Below are positions 19,995-29,850 of a DNA stretch of 64,000 nt, piece after piece. Position 1 is the stretch's first letter; the number at the start of each line of letters is the position of its first letter. Source of the DNA: an uncultured Pelagibacteraceae bacterium (GTDB lineage Bacteria > Pseudomonadota > Alphaproteobacteria > Pelagibacterales > Pelagibacteraceae); NCBI GenBank assembly GCA_902622955.1, contig CACNRP010000001.1, forward strand, positions 33,543 to 97,542, written 5' to 3'. A program made the position numbers and the translations under genes. Under the pieces are notes generated by a model, which was not told the DNA's origin, made no database searches, and saw only the letters and a list, made by a program, of their open reading frames with translations.

Positions 19995-20756
19995 TTAAGT
20001 AATCCCACCATCTACAACAAAACTTTGCTTTGTACATCCAGATGATTGATCTGAAGCTAAAAATAATACTAATTGAGCAACATCACTAGGCTTTAATTGT
20101 CTTTTTAAAGCCTGGCTATCTAATATAAGTTTTTTATATTTTGGAGTTAACCAATGTTTAATTTGTCTCTCAGTTGCAATTGAGCCAGGTATTACAGAGT
20201 TTGTTCTTATATTAAATTTTCCAAACTCTTGTGCAAATGATCTTGTCAATCCAATCACTGCAGATTTAGCGGTCTCATAAACAACTTTATCTCCCTCACC
20301 TAACATCCACGAAACTGAACTTAAATTAACTATTGATCCAGATTTAATTTTTTTCATTCCTTTAACAACTGATTGAGCTGCAAAAAAATAATGTTTTAAG
20401 TTAATTGCCATTCTATTTTCCCAATATTTTTCATTAACTTGATCAGTGGTATGTCTATCATCGTTAGCTGCATTATTTATCAAGCAGTTAATTGGTCCCT
20501 TTTTTTTTATAATATCTTCAATAGTTTTTTGAAGTTTGTTTATATCAGTAATATCACACTCAATAAATTTTGGGGCTTTTATTTTTTTCTTTTTAATTTT
20601 TGTTAGAAGTTTTTTTGACTCTTTTAGATTTATATCAATAAAATATACATCACTATTTTGCTCACAAAAATATTCAACTATTGTAGCTCCGATACCAGAT
20701 CCACCTCCTGATATGAAAACTTTTTTATTTTTAAGATCTGAATATCTAGCGCTCAT
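19995..20756 (-). CDS. SDR family aldose 1-dehydrogenase (XylB/xylose-galactose dehydrogenase-like)
   Basis: YSDLKNKKVFISGGGSGIG, NNAANDDRH, YETAK, TERQ; resembles Caulobacter XylB-type enzymes; last gene of the sugar ABC operon. Confidence 0.78.
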   Translation of the reverse strand: MSARYSDLKNKKVFISGGGSGIGATIVEYFCEQNSDVYFIDINLKESKKLLTKIKKKKIKAPKFIECDITDINKLQKTIEDIIKKKGPINCLINNAANDDRHTTDQVNEKYWENRMAINLKHYFFAAQSVVKGMKKIKSGSIVNLSSVSWMLGEGDKVVYETAKSAVIGLTRSFAQEFGKFNIRTNSVIPGSIATERQIKHWLTPKYKKLILDSQALKRQLKPSDVAQLVLFLASDQSSGCTKQSFVVDGGIT

Positions 20757-20759
20757 AAT

Positions 20760-21854
20760 TTATATTCTCTCTTCCGACCTTGCATCAAATAATGAAGTTT
20801 GACTCAAATCAAAATATAATTTTATTTCTTTTCCTAATTCAATTTTAATTGTTGACGGAAATTTAGCTAATACTTCTTGATTAGAATAATCAAAAGTCAT
20901 GATTTGTTCATGTCCTATATATTCACTTAGATCAGCTCTTAATATTATCTCAAAATCCTTTTCATCAGATTTTTTAAAAAATATATGCTCTGGTCTTAAA
21001 CCAAAAAAAACTTCTTTATTATCTAAATTTTTTTTCTCTTTAAAATTGTATCCATTGATTGGAATTTCAAAATTTGATCCATTAGCAATAAAGTAAACTT
21101 TATCTGAATTTTGTTTAAGTTTCCCTTTTATTAAATTCATTGACGGTGACCCAATAAAGTCTGCTACAAAAGTATTGCTAGGTTTATTATAAATGTTCTC
21201 TGGTGTATCATTTTGTTGAATTACACCATGATTCATAATTGCAATATTTGTACCTAAACTCATTGCTTCTGTTTGATCGTGAGTAACATAGACCACTGTT
21301 GTTTTAAGTTGTTGGTGGAGTTTTTTAATTTCTCTTCTCATTTCAACTCTTAATTTTGCATCTAAATTAGATAATGGTTCATCAAATAAAAATATTCTTG
21401 GTTCTCTAACTAATGCTCTACCTATTGCTACACGCTGTCTTTGTCCGCCTGATAATTGTGAAGGTTTTCTTTCTAACAATGAATCTACTTGTAAAAATTT
21501 TGCGACTTTTTCTAATTGTTCTTCTATTTTTTCTTTGGATACCTTTGCTTGTTTAAGACCAAAGATCATATTCTCTCGTACATTCATAGATGGATAAAGA
21601 GCGTAGGACTGGAAAACCATAGCAATATTTCTATCTTTTGGCTCCACTTTACTTACATTGTAATCATCAATATAAACATTACCTTCATTGATTGTCTCTA
21701 ATCCAGCAATAATATTTAATAAGGTAGATTTTCCACATCCTGAAGGTCCCAATAAAACTAAAAAATTTCCTTCATCTATTTCTAAATTAATTTTTCTTAA
21801 AACCTCTGTTGATCCAAAATTTTTTGATAATTCCTCAATTTTTAGCGTTTTCAT
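20760..21854 (-). CDS. Sugar ABC transporter ATP-binding protein (MalK/GtsD-like)
   Basis: GPSGCGKST, VFQSYALYP, LSGGQRQR, DEPLSNLDAKLR. Confidence 0.95.
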   Translation of the reverse strand: MKTLKIEELSKNFGSTEVLRKINLEIDEGNFLVLLGPSGCGKSTLLNIIAGLETINEGNVYIDDYNVSKVEPKDRNIAMVFQSYALYPSMNVRENMIFGLKQAKVSKEKIEEQLEKVAKFLQVDSLLERKPSQLSGGQRQRVAIGRALVREPRIFLFDEPLSNLDAKLRVEMRREIKKLHQQLKTTVVYVTHDQTEAMSLGTNIAIMNHGVIQQNDTPENIYNKPSNTFVADFIGSPSMNLIKGKLKQNSDKVYFIANGSNFEIPINGYNFKEKKNLDNKEVFFGLRPEHIFFKKSDEKDFEIILRADLSEYIGHEQIMTFDYSNQEVLAKFPSTIKIELGKEIKLYFDLSQTSLFDARSEERI

Positions 21855-21856
21855 TT

Positions 21857-22762
21857 TTATCCTTTCACTGCTCCTGAAGTTAATCCCCTTATGAAATATT
21901 TTCCAGCTAATACATAAACTATAAGTGTGGGTATACCTGCTATAATAGCTGAAGCCATATCTACATTATATTCTTTAACACTTGTGCTTGATAAAACCAT
22001 ATTGTTTAAAGCTACTTGTATAGGTGCCGCTTCTCCAAACGAGAAAGTTGATCCAAACAAAAAATCATTCCATATTTGTGTGAATTGCCAAATTATAGTC
22101 ACAACAATAATTGGTGCTGAGATAGGAAGTAAAATTTTAAAAAATATCTTAAAAAAGCCTGCTCCATCAATTCTGGCTGCTTTTACTAACTCGGTTGGTA
22201 TTGAAACATAAAAATTTCTGAAAAATAAAGTTGTAAATGGAATTCCATAAACTGTATGAACTAATACAAGACCAATTACAGAATTTGAAATTCCTAAAAC
22301 TCCAAGTGTTCTAGCCATAGGAAGAAGAATCGCCTGGTATGGAATAAAACAACCAAACAATAAAAAAAGGAAAACCCATTTATCTCCTTTAAATCTCCAT
22401 TTTGTCAAAACATAACCAGCCATTGCACCAATGAATGTTGAAAATAATACTGCTGGAACAACCATCTTAATTGAATTCCAAAAATATGGTCTTAAAAAAG
22501 TATCACCAGCTCCATAGCCTCTTCCTCCCCATGCAACGGCCCAGGAGTCAAAATTCAAACCACTTGGCCAAGATAAAAGAGTTCCTTGACGTATTTCTTC
22601 CATTGTTTTTAAAGAAGTAACAATCATCACATATAATGGAAAAATAAAATATGATGCGAATAAAATTAATACAAAATATAAAAACCATCTTAAAAAAATG
22701 TTTGTATACTTAGATTTTTGTTCAAGCTGCTGATAAGAAGATGATTTTATATTATCTTGCAT
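21857..22762 (-). CDS. Carbohydrate ABC permease (GtsC/MalG-like)
   Basis: EAA loop ELVKAARIDGAG, WNDFLFG, C-terminal GLTSGAVKG. Confidence 0.93.
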   Translation of the reverse strand: MQDNIKSSSYQQLEQKSKYTNIFLRWFLYFVLILFASYFIFPLYVMIVTSLKTMEEIRQGTLLSWPSGLNFDSWAVAWGGRGYGAGDTFLRPYFWNSIKMVVPAVLFSTFIGAMAGYVLTKWRFKGDKWVFLFLLFGCFIPYQAILLPMARTLGVLGISNSVIGLVLVHTVYGIPFTTLFFRNFYVSIPTELVKAARIDGAGFFKIFFKILLPISAPIIVVTIIWQFTQIWNDFLFGSTFSFGEAAPIQVALNNMVLSSTSVKEYNVDMASAIIAGIPTLIVYVLAGKYFIRGLTSGAVKG

Positions 22763-23627
22763 TTTCTCTCCTTAATTCAGAATATAAATATGGAATTATT
22801 ACTGCTGCAACCGCCATAAACATCATCATTGCACTAGCTGCCGATAATCCAACTTGGCTTTTGTGAAATGCTGTTTGGGTCATATATAAAGCTGGCATAG
22901 TAGTAGAAATACCAGGTCCACCTTGTGTCAAGGCTACTATAAGATCATAACTTTTTATCGAGATATGAACTAAAATTACAAAACTTGTAAAAAATACTGG
23001 TCTCATCATTGGTAATAATATTTTCCAATAGACTGTAAATAACCCCGCACCATCAATTTTTGCAGCTTTTACAATTTCATCTTCTACAGATCTTAAGCCA
23101 GCCAAAAACAATGCCATAACAAAACCAGCAGATTGCCAAACACCAGCAATTACAATTGTGTAAATAGCCATCTCTCGATTAACCAACCAATCAAATGTGA
23201 AGTTTTCAAAGCCCCAATCAACAAACATTTTTTGAATACCTAAAGTTGGATTTAAAATCCATTTCCAGGCAGTACCTGTAACTATAAAAGACAAAGCCAT
23301 AGGATATAAATAAATTGTTCTTAAAACACCCTCAGCTCTTATCTTTTGATCTAAGAATATTGCTAAAATGATTCCAATAACTATACAGAAAATAAGAAAC
23401 AACGCTGTGAAAACTAGCAAATTATCCACTGAAATAAGCCATTTTCTTGATGCCCACAACTTTTCATACTGCCCAAATCCCCATAATTCATATTTAGGTA
23501 ATATTTTAGAATTCGTAAAAGAAATATATAAAGTCCAAAGAACAAATCCATAAACAAACCAACCTATTAACCCGACGGCAGGAGCCATTACAATTTTAGG
23601 TAAATTTTTTTCTAACCACTTGAACAT
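22752..23627 (-). CDS. Carbohydrate ABC permease (GtsB/MalF-like)
   Basis: LYPMALSFIVTG, EIVKAAKIDGAG; start at ATG 23627, because the upstream in-frame start lies inside a hairpin. Confidence 0.92.
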   Translation of the reverse strand: MFKWLEKNLPKIVMAPAVGLIGWFVYGFVLWTLYISFTNSKILPKYELWGFGQYEKLWASRKWLISVDNLLVFTALFLIFCIVIGIILAIFLDQKIRAEGVLRTIYLYPMALSFIVTGTAWKWILNPTLGIQKMFVDWGFENFTFDWLVNREMAIYTIVIAGVWQSAGFVMALFLAGLRSVEDEIVKAAKIDGAGLFTVYWKILLPMMRPVFFTSFVILVHISIKSYDLIVALTQGGPGISTTMPALYMTQTAFHKSQVGLSAASAMMMFMAVAAVIIPYLYSELRRENAR

Positions 23628-23649
23628 TATAATATTTTTTGTTTTGATT

Positions 23650-23684
23650 AAAAAAAAGGCCACTTAGTAAAAAGTGGCCTTTTA
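23650..23684 (-). terminator. Hairpin after the SBP gene (terminator or mRNA stabiliser)
   Basis: AAGGCCACTT-agtaaa-AAGTGGCCTT with a U-tract on the minus strand. Confidence 0.75.
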
Positions 23685-23695
23685 ATTTTTATGAA

Positions 23696-24952
23696 CTACA
23701 TATTAGCTAGAACTGAATCAGCTAATGCGTTTGCAGCGTCTACTGAGGACATATCAGAGTTAAAGTGCTCCGTAATGATATCTTGTAGTGCGGCCTTCAT
23801 AGTATTTCCTTGAGCCATACCATGAGCAAAACTAGGAACTAGTCCACCTTTTGCACCAGCAGTTTTAATGTCTGCGTTAGAAGTTTTTGCACATTTGTCA
23901 AATTCATCCATTGGTACATCTAATCTTGCTGGAATTGAACCTTTGTATAGGTTAAATACTTTTTGGAAGTTTTTACCCATCATAAGTTTCGCTAATAGTT
24001 TTTGACCTTCTTGCTTGTCTGGATCACTCGTTTTGTAAAATATAAAACTATCTACATTGTATAAGTATCCATTGTTTGAAGGAGTTGGAGAACAGTAATA
24101 ATCTACACCTGGAACTTTTCCAGCAGCTGTAAATTCACCTTTAGCCCAGTCACCCATAATTTGGAAACCAGCTTTTCCCTCAATTACCATACCAGTAGCA
24201 ACATTCCAGTCTCTTCCTGGACTACCTTCATCTGTATAGCTTTGAAGTTTTCTCATTTGATCAAAAACTTTAACTGTAGTCTCACTTCTTAAACAGCTTT
24301 CTTTAAGATCAACGTAACAGTTTTTGTAGTAGTTATTTCCACCAATACCCATAGCAACTGCTTCAAATACTGTTGCATCTTGCCAAGCTTGACCGCCGTG
24401 AGCGAAAGGAATTATTCCTGCAGCTTTTAGTTTTTCTGCAGCAGCATTTACCTCATCCCAAGTTGTTGGAACTGAAATACCATTTGCATCAAATACAGCT
24501 TTGTTTGCCCACATCCAGTCAATTCTGTGAATATTTACTGGTGCAGCACAATAAGGTCCACTGTTATTTTCACATTTATGAACAGCTGCAATCATTGGAT
24601 CTAATAATTTATCCCAACCTTCTGATTGAGCTATTGGATCTATATTGTATGGAGCTACAACACCTTCTTGATCGTACTCTTGAATTGTAGGACCTTTTAT
24701 TTGAGATGCAGATGGAGGATCTCCAGCAACGATTCTTGCTTTTAATGCAACGTTAGCAGCGTCTCCACCACCACCTGTTACAGGCATGTCCATCCATTCA
24801 CCACCGTTTGCAGCGAAATCATCTTTTAAAACTTTAAGTGCAGCAGCTTCACCACCAGACGTCCACCAGTGCAATACCTCGATCTTAGGTGCTGCAATTG
24901 ATGAAGTTGATGTAAACGCTAATGTAATTAAAGCGATCATTAGTTTTTTCAT
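23696..24952 (-). CDS. Glucose/aldose ABC transporter substrate-binding protein (GtsA-like)
   Basis: EVLHWWTSGGEAAAL, PVNIHR, AHGGQAWQD, IMGDWAKGEF, KGSIPAR, PSFAHG; signal peptide; purine-rich SD. Confidence 0.9.
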   Translation of the reverse strand: MKKLMIALITLAFTSTSSIAAPKIEVLHWWTSGGEAAALKVLKDDFAANGGEWMDMPVTGGGGDAANVALKARIVAGDPPSASQIKGPTIQEYDQEGVVAPYNIDPIAQSEGWDKLLDPMIAAVHKCENNSGPYCAAPVNIHRIDWMWANKAVFDANGISVPTTWDEVNAAAEKLKAAGIIPFAHGGQAWQDATVFEAVAMGIGGNNYYKNCYVDLKESCLRSETTVKVFDQMRKLQSYTDEGSPGRDWNVATGMVIEGKAGFQIMGDWAKGEFTAAGKVPGVDYYCSPTPSNNGYLYNVDSFIFYKTSDPDKQEGQKLLAKLMMGKNFQKVFNLYKGSIPARLDVPMDEFDKCAKTSNADIKTAGAKGGLVPSFAHGMAQGNTMKAALQDIITEHFNSDMSSVDAANALADSVLANM

Positions 24953-25147
24953 ATCTTCTCTTCCTCTTTTTATTTAGTTAACTATTTTTTTTTATAAAAA
25001 AGAAATTATAGGAAGATTAACGATTAAATGATAACTAAAAAAAAAAATAACAACCTTGAATTGAAAACAATATATTGTATTTAAGATAAAATTTTTTTAA
25101 TTTTTTAAAAATTATAGTTTTTTTTATTTCAATCAAAAGTTGAAATT

Positions 25148-26050
25148 TTAGTATGTCGCGCTTCGACCTAATCTTGCTGCCCCTCTTACACCACTTGCAT
25201 CACCGTATTTAGGCTTTAAAAAAACACCTTCATACTCTTTACCTATAACAAATTTTTTTACCATAGACTCAATTTCGCTTAAAAAATCAATCTCATTGGA
25301 TACCCCACCTCCAAAAATAAAAGCATCAGGATCTAAAATATTAATTATACTTGATAAAGACATAGCTAAGTTAACCTTAAAATCGTCTATAAATCTTTCT
25401 GCATCTAAATCGTGTTTTCTATTTAATTCAAATATTTCACTTGTTTTTAAATTTTTACCATAAATTTTATTGAACCTTTTTGCTAAACCTAAACCAGAAA
25501 TGAAACTTTCTATTTCCGCCTCTCTTGCATTGTTGGAGTCAAAATTTTCTTTCTTGGCTGCAAAATAAGGAATTTGATTGTGACCCCATTCACCAGCAAC
25601 TCCATTTGGTCCACTTACAATTTGCTTATCTATTACAAGACCTCCCCCAGCACCTGAACCTAAAATAATTCCATAAACAATCTTATAGTGTTTTCCTGAG
25701 CCATCAATTGCTTCTGATAAAGCAAAACAATTTGCATCGTTTTCACAAAAAACTTCTTTACCTAAAGCTTTTCGTAAGTCGTTTTGAAAGGGTTTTTTTT
25801 CTAACCAATAACAATTGGGTGCATTTTTAACTAATCCAGTTTGAGGTGAGTGAATACCTGGATGACATACTCCTAGTGGAAGTTCTCTTTGAAATTCTTT
25901 CTCTAATTTTTTGTTTATATCTTTAATTGTCGAAATAATTGATAAATAATCTTTTGGACAATTTGTTCTAGATCTATGTTTTTCATTTCCATTTTCTTCG
26001 AGAACCACACTCTCTATTTTGGTTGCACCTACATCAATCCCTATTTGCAT
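25148..26050 (-). CDS. ROK family sugar kinase (Mak/fructokinase-like)
   Basis: IGIDVGATKIE, ENDANCFALSEA, GEWGH, GDASGVRGAA; no N-terminal HTH. Confidence 0.88.
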   Translation of the reverse strand: MQIGIDVGATKIESVVLEENGNEKHRSRTNCPKDYLSIISTIKDINKKLEKEFQRELPLGVCHPGIHSPQTGLVKNAPNCYWLEKKPFQNDLRKALGKEVFCENDANCFALSEAIDGSGKHYKIVYGIILGSGAGGGLVIDKQIVSGPNGVAGEWGHNQIPYFAAKKENFDSNNAREAEIESFISGLGLAKRFNKIYGKNLKTSEIFELNRKHDLDAERFIDDFKVNLAMSLSSIINILDPDAFIFGGGVSNEIDFLSEIESMVKKFVIGKEYEGVFLKPKYGDASGVRGAARLGRSATY

Positions 26051-26052
26051 AA

Positions 26053-26802
26053 CTAATATGTAGCTCGACCACCACTTAAATCAAAAACTGCAGCAGTTGA
26101 AAATGAGTTTTCCTCACTGGCTAACCACGTTACTAATGATGCTAATTCCTCAACTTTTGCAAATTTATTTCTTGGAATTTTAGACAACATATAATTAATA
26201 TGCTCTTCAGTCATTTGATCAAATATCCTAGTCTTAGCAGCTGCTGGGGTAACGCAGTTTACAGCGATATTTTTTTGCGCAAGTTCTTTTCCTAAAGATT
26301 TTGTTAAACCTATAACACCTGCCTTAGAAGTGCTATATGCACTTGCATTTGGATTTCCTTCTTTTCCTGCAATAGATGCTATATTTACAATTCTTCCATA
26401 ATCATTCTTTACCATGAAGGGGACAATCGCTTTACAGCAATAAAAAACAGAATTCAAATTTAAGTTCATTACTTTTTTCCATTCTTCTAAAGGATATTCT
26501 GCTACAGTAGTATTCATGCCAGCAATACCTGCATTGTTAACAAAAATATCTATTTTTCCATGTTTTTTTTCTACTTCTTCTAAATTTTTATTTATTATTT
26601 CAAAATTAGTAACGTCTACAATTTGGTAACTTAAGTGTTCTGATTTTACTTTATCAATTGCATCTTTAGCAGCACTTTCATCAATATCCCAAATCACAGC
26701 TTTTGCACCTGCCTCGATAAATCTTTTAGTTATTGCTAAACCAAAACCTTGAGCACCACCAGTAACAATTGCTACTCGATTATTTAAATCATACTTTATC
26801 AT
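26053..26802 (-). CDS. SDR oxidoreductase (2-keto-3-deoxy sugar acid dehydrogenase, LRA5-like)
   Basis: TGGAQGFG, ASIAGKEGNPNASAYSTSK, C-terminal FDLSGGRATY. Confidence 0.78.
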   Translation of the reverse strand: MIKYDLNNRVAIVTGGAQGFGLAITKRFIEAGAKAVIWDIDESAAKDAIDKVKSEHLSYQIVDVTNFEIINKNLEEVEKKHGKIDIFVNNAGIAGMNTTVAEYPLEEWKKVMNLNLNSVFYCCKAIVPFMVKNDYGRIVNIASIAGKEGNPNASAYSTSKAGVIGLTKSLGKELAQKNIAVNCVTPAAAKTRIFDQMTEEHINYMLSKIPRNKFAKVEELASLVTWLASEENSFSTAAVFDLSGGRATY

Positions 26803-28276
26803 TAATTCTTTTTATTTTTCTTGATCTTATTAAAGGAAAAGCTAAAGCAATTAAAGATAAAATAAAGAATGTTAATGCAATTGGTCTTGTAAGGAACATC
26901 AACCAATTGCCATCAAATATAACCAGAGATTGTCTTAAAGTTCCTTCTACTAGCTCACCCAAAATTAACCCAATAATAACAGGAACAACTGAAAAACCGT
27001 ATCTTCTCATAAAGAAACCTAGCACTCCAAAAAATAACATTATCCAAACATCAATTATAGATTGATTTAAAGAATAGGTTCCACACACTGAAACTGCAAA
27101 TATCATTGGCCATAAGATTTTGTTAGGAACTAGAGTTATTCGTGCAAATATTTTTGCTCCGAAAAATCCAAAAATAAAAAAAAGAATATTAGCAATCAGC
27201 ATAGCGCCAAATATTCCATATAAAAAATCTGGTTGTTCTCTAAATAAATCTGGACCAGGTCTAACACCATGGATAATTAATCCTGTAAGTATAACAGCTG
27301 TTGTTGCGCTTCCTGGAATTCCAAGTGCGAGGGTAGGAACCATTGCACCTCCTGTTGCAGCATTATTTGCTGCTTCTGCACCAGCAATACCTTCAATTGA
27401 GCCTTTACCAAATTCCTCAGGAGTTTTTGAAAATCTTTTAGCCTCAGAGTAGCCTATTAAAGATGCGACAGTACCTCCTTCAGCTGGTAAAACTCCAATA
27501 AACGATCCTATGCCACTTGATCTTAAAATCGTTTTCCATGTTTTTTTATAATCGTCAATTGAGGGAAGTTTTATAGCTTTTAAAGCTATTCTATTAAACA
27601 CTTGATTGATAAGAGTAGATTGCGTAAGCATCTCACTCATTGCAAATAAACCAACTACAACTGGTATAAAGCCAATTCCCTCAGTTAATTCATTTACTCC
27701 AAAAGTAAATCTATCTATTGAAGTCATAAAATCTTTACCAACTGTTGAAATTAGTATTCCGAAAGCACCTGCAATTAGATTTTTTATTGGACTGCCTTCA
27801 CCTATTGATGCAAGCATTGTTAAGCCAAATATAGCTAATGCAAAATATTCTGGTTGACCAAATTCATAAGCAAGTTGTGCTAAAATAGGAGCAAAGAAAA
27901 CTAAAATAATTACACTAAATATTCCTCCGACTGTACTTGATACTGTTGCCATTCCTAAAGCTCTGCCTGCTTCACCTTTTTGTGCTAATGGATAGCCATC
28001 CAGACAAGTTGCTGCAGCTGCTGGAGTTCCGGGTGTATTGATTAATACAGCTGTTATTGCACCACCATAAGTTCCAGCACAATAGATTGAGGTAAGTAAA
28101 ACTATTGCTGATAATGGATCAAGTGTCATTGTAAAAGGCAGAATTAGTGCCCCACCTGTTGTTGGTCCTAAACCAGGTAGCACTCCTAAAATTAAACCGA
28201 ATAATGTTCCAAAAAATAAAACTAATAATAGTTTAGAACTAAAAAGAGGTGCTAACATTAAAAGTAAATTATCCAT
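26789..28276 (-). CDS. tctA: Tripartite tricarboxylate transporter large permease TctA
   Basis: GVLPGLG, YGGAITAVLINTPG, EAANNA, LGIPGS. Confidence 0.93.
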   Translation of the reverse strand: MDNLLLMLAPLFSSKLLLVLFFGTLFGLILGVLPGLGPTTGGALILPFTMTLDPLSAIVLLTSIYCAGTYGGAITAVLINTPGTPAAAATCLDGYPLAQKGEAGRALGMATVSSTVGGIFSVIILVFFAPILAQLAYEFGQPEYFALAIFGLTMLASIGEGSPIKNLIAGAFGILISTVGKDFMTSIDRFTFGVNELTEGIGFIPVVVGLFAMSEMLTQSTLINQVFNRIALKAIKLPSIDDYKKTWKTILRSSGIGSFIGVLPAEGGTVASLIGYSEAKRFSKTPEEFGKGSIEGIAGAEAANNAATGGAMVPTLALGIPGSATTAVILTGLIIHGVRPGPDLFREQPDFLYGIFGAMLIANILFFIFGFFGAKIFARITLVPNKILWPMIFAVSVCGTYSLNQSIIDVWIMLFFGVLGFFMRRYGFSVVPVIIGLILGELVEGTLRQSLVIFDGNWLMFLTRPIALTFFILSLIALAFPLIRSRKIKRINDKV

Positions 28277-28783
28277 CTAGCTATAGTAAATGTTTGTAAT
28301 TATTCCTGGTGGAAATCTTAAACCTAAAATTGTTTCAAAAAATATAAAAACAATTATTGGGAAAATAATCCCAACTAGTAATAAATAAAATAATCTTTTT
28401 TCTCCCCAACAATAAGAGACAAATATAGATAAAGCTGAGATTGCCAAAAAGAAATCAAGTGTTTTAGAAACTATTACAAATAGAATAAAACTAAATAATG
28501 TTAAAAAAAATGATTTTGGTAATTTCTTTTCAATTTTCCAAGGATTTTTAGTTGATAGATAATAAATAATTAATGTCATAGCAATTATCAAAATTAATAA
28601 TGCTTTTGGAAATGTTGCTGGTTGAATTCCACGATTTAAAATTGGTGGAACAACATCAAATGTAAAAGTAGTGACTAATAAAATTAAGGATACAAGAATT
28701 ATTACAAATAAAACCTTAAATTCATCTTTAAAAAAAAAGGGCAAACTTTTGTTTGCCCTTTTTGATTTTTGTACATTTTTCAT
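28277..28783 (-). CDS. tctB: Tripartite tricarboxylate transporter small subunit TctB
   Basis: 4-5 TMs, PATFP, C-terminal LGLRFPPG; between tctC and tctA. Confidence 0.85.
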   Translation of the reverse strand: MKNVQKSKRANKSLPFFFKDEFKVLFVIILVSLILLVTTFTFDVVPPILNRGIQPATFPKALLILIIAMTLIIYYLSTKNPWKIEKKLPKSFFLTLFSFILFVIVSKTLDFFLAISALSIFVSYCWGEKRLFYLLLVGIIFPIIVFIFFETILGLRFPPGIITNIYYS

Positions 28784-28806
28784 ATTTAAATGTACTTTTA
28801 ATTAGA

Positions 28807-29781
28807 TTAGTTAATGTAACCTAAAGCTTTAAGCTGCGCAGTCATTTCAGTAAGCATTTCTTCCATTTGCTTACCCCATTCATCTGCACCAACAACACTT
28901 GTTTCATCAAGACCAATTTCTGTTAAGAAATTTTTGTAGTAATTGTGGCTCATAGCTTTCATCATTCCAGCTTCTAATTGTTTTACTCTGTCTGCTGGAG
29001 CACCTTTTTTAGTTACGAAACCTCTAACAGTAGATAAAGAAACAGGTATACCTAATTCTTTTGCTGTTGGAGAGTCTCCAATTTTAGCCATTCTATTATT
29101 TGCTAGTACAACTGAAACACAAAGTTTACCTTCGTTAATTTCAGTTAAAGCTTCACCTAAGTTTAAAACACCTACATCAATATCTCCTTTGATAAGGTTA
29201 GTTTTAATTGGTGCAACACCTTTGTAAGCAACAATTGTTGGATCTTTTAATCCACCTTTTTTTGTAAATGCGATTGCACTAACATCATCAATACCACCTG
29301 TATGAGTAGTTCCATATTTTAGTGATTTTGATTTTTGTGTGCTAATGAATTTTTTAGCATCTTTGATATCTGCTTTACAATTAACAACAAATAATTGAGG
29401 ATCATCAGTTCCTCTAGCAAGTGGTTGCATATCACTTATCTTAACTTTAGTTTTACCTAAAGCCATAGATACTGCATGTCCTGTAGTCCAAGTTAAAGTA
29501 TGATTTCCATCAGCTGGTAAAGACATCATGTAATCCATAGATGCTGCTCCTCCACCACCTTTTTTGTTAACTAATTGCATATCCTGTTTAAGAACTCTTC
29601 TTGCTCTTAATAACATCATTCTAGTAGTAACGTCAGTTCCACCACCAAAACCAGCATGAGTAATTGCTTGAATTGGATGACCGTCAGCTTTGGCTGAAGT
29701 GATCATTAATGGAAGAGCTACAACAAAAAATTCAGTTACTAGGAAAGCAGCTGCTAAAAATAGTTTAAAGCTTTTTTTCAT
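28807..29781 (-). CDS. tctC: Tripartite tricarboxylate transporter substrate-binding protein TctC/Bug
   Basis: GGGTD, NKKGGGG, PADG, YKG, PTAKELG; SD GAGGG. Confidence 0.88.
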   Translation of the reverse strand: MKKSFKLFLAAAFLVTEFFVVALPLMITSAKADGHPIQAITHAGFGGGTDVTTRMMLLRARRVLKQDMQLVNKKGGGGAASMDYMMSLPADGNHTLTWTTGHAVSMALGKTKVKISDMQPLARGTDDPQLFVVNCKADIKDAKKFISTQKSKSLKYGTTHTGGIDDVSAIAFTKKGGLKDPTIVAYKGVAPIKTNLIKGDIDVGVLNLGEALTEINEGKLCVSVVLANNRMAKIGDSPTAKELGIPVSLSTVRGFVTKKGAPADRVKQLEAGMMKAMSHNYYKNFLTEIGLDETSVVGADEWGKQMEEMLTEMTAQLKALGYIN

Positions 29782-29850
29782 TATTTCCCTCTTAAGTTAA
29801 TTTATATTTAATAATTTAAACATAATCTGATACAAGACGTAAAGAAAAAA

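Noticed and set aside
25067-25078. Palindrome ACAATATATTGT upstream of the glucose SBP
   Set aside because: Almost all A/T in an extremely AT-rich spacer; could be chance, and there is no cognate regulator
25148-26050. ROK protein as the island's repressor
   Set aside because: Only 300 aa with no N-terminal HTH; starts directly with the kinase ATP-binding motif
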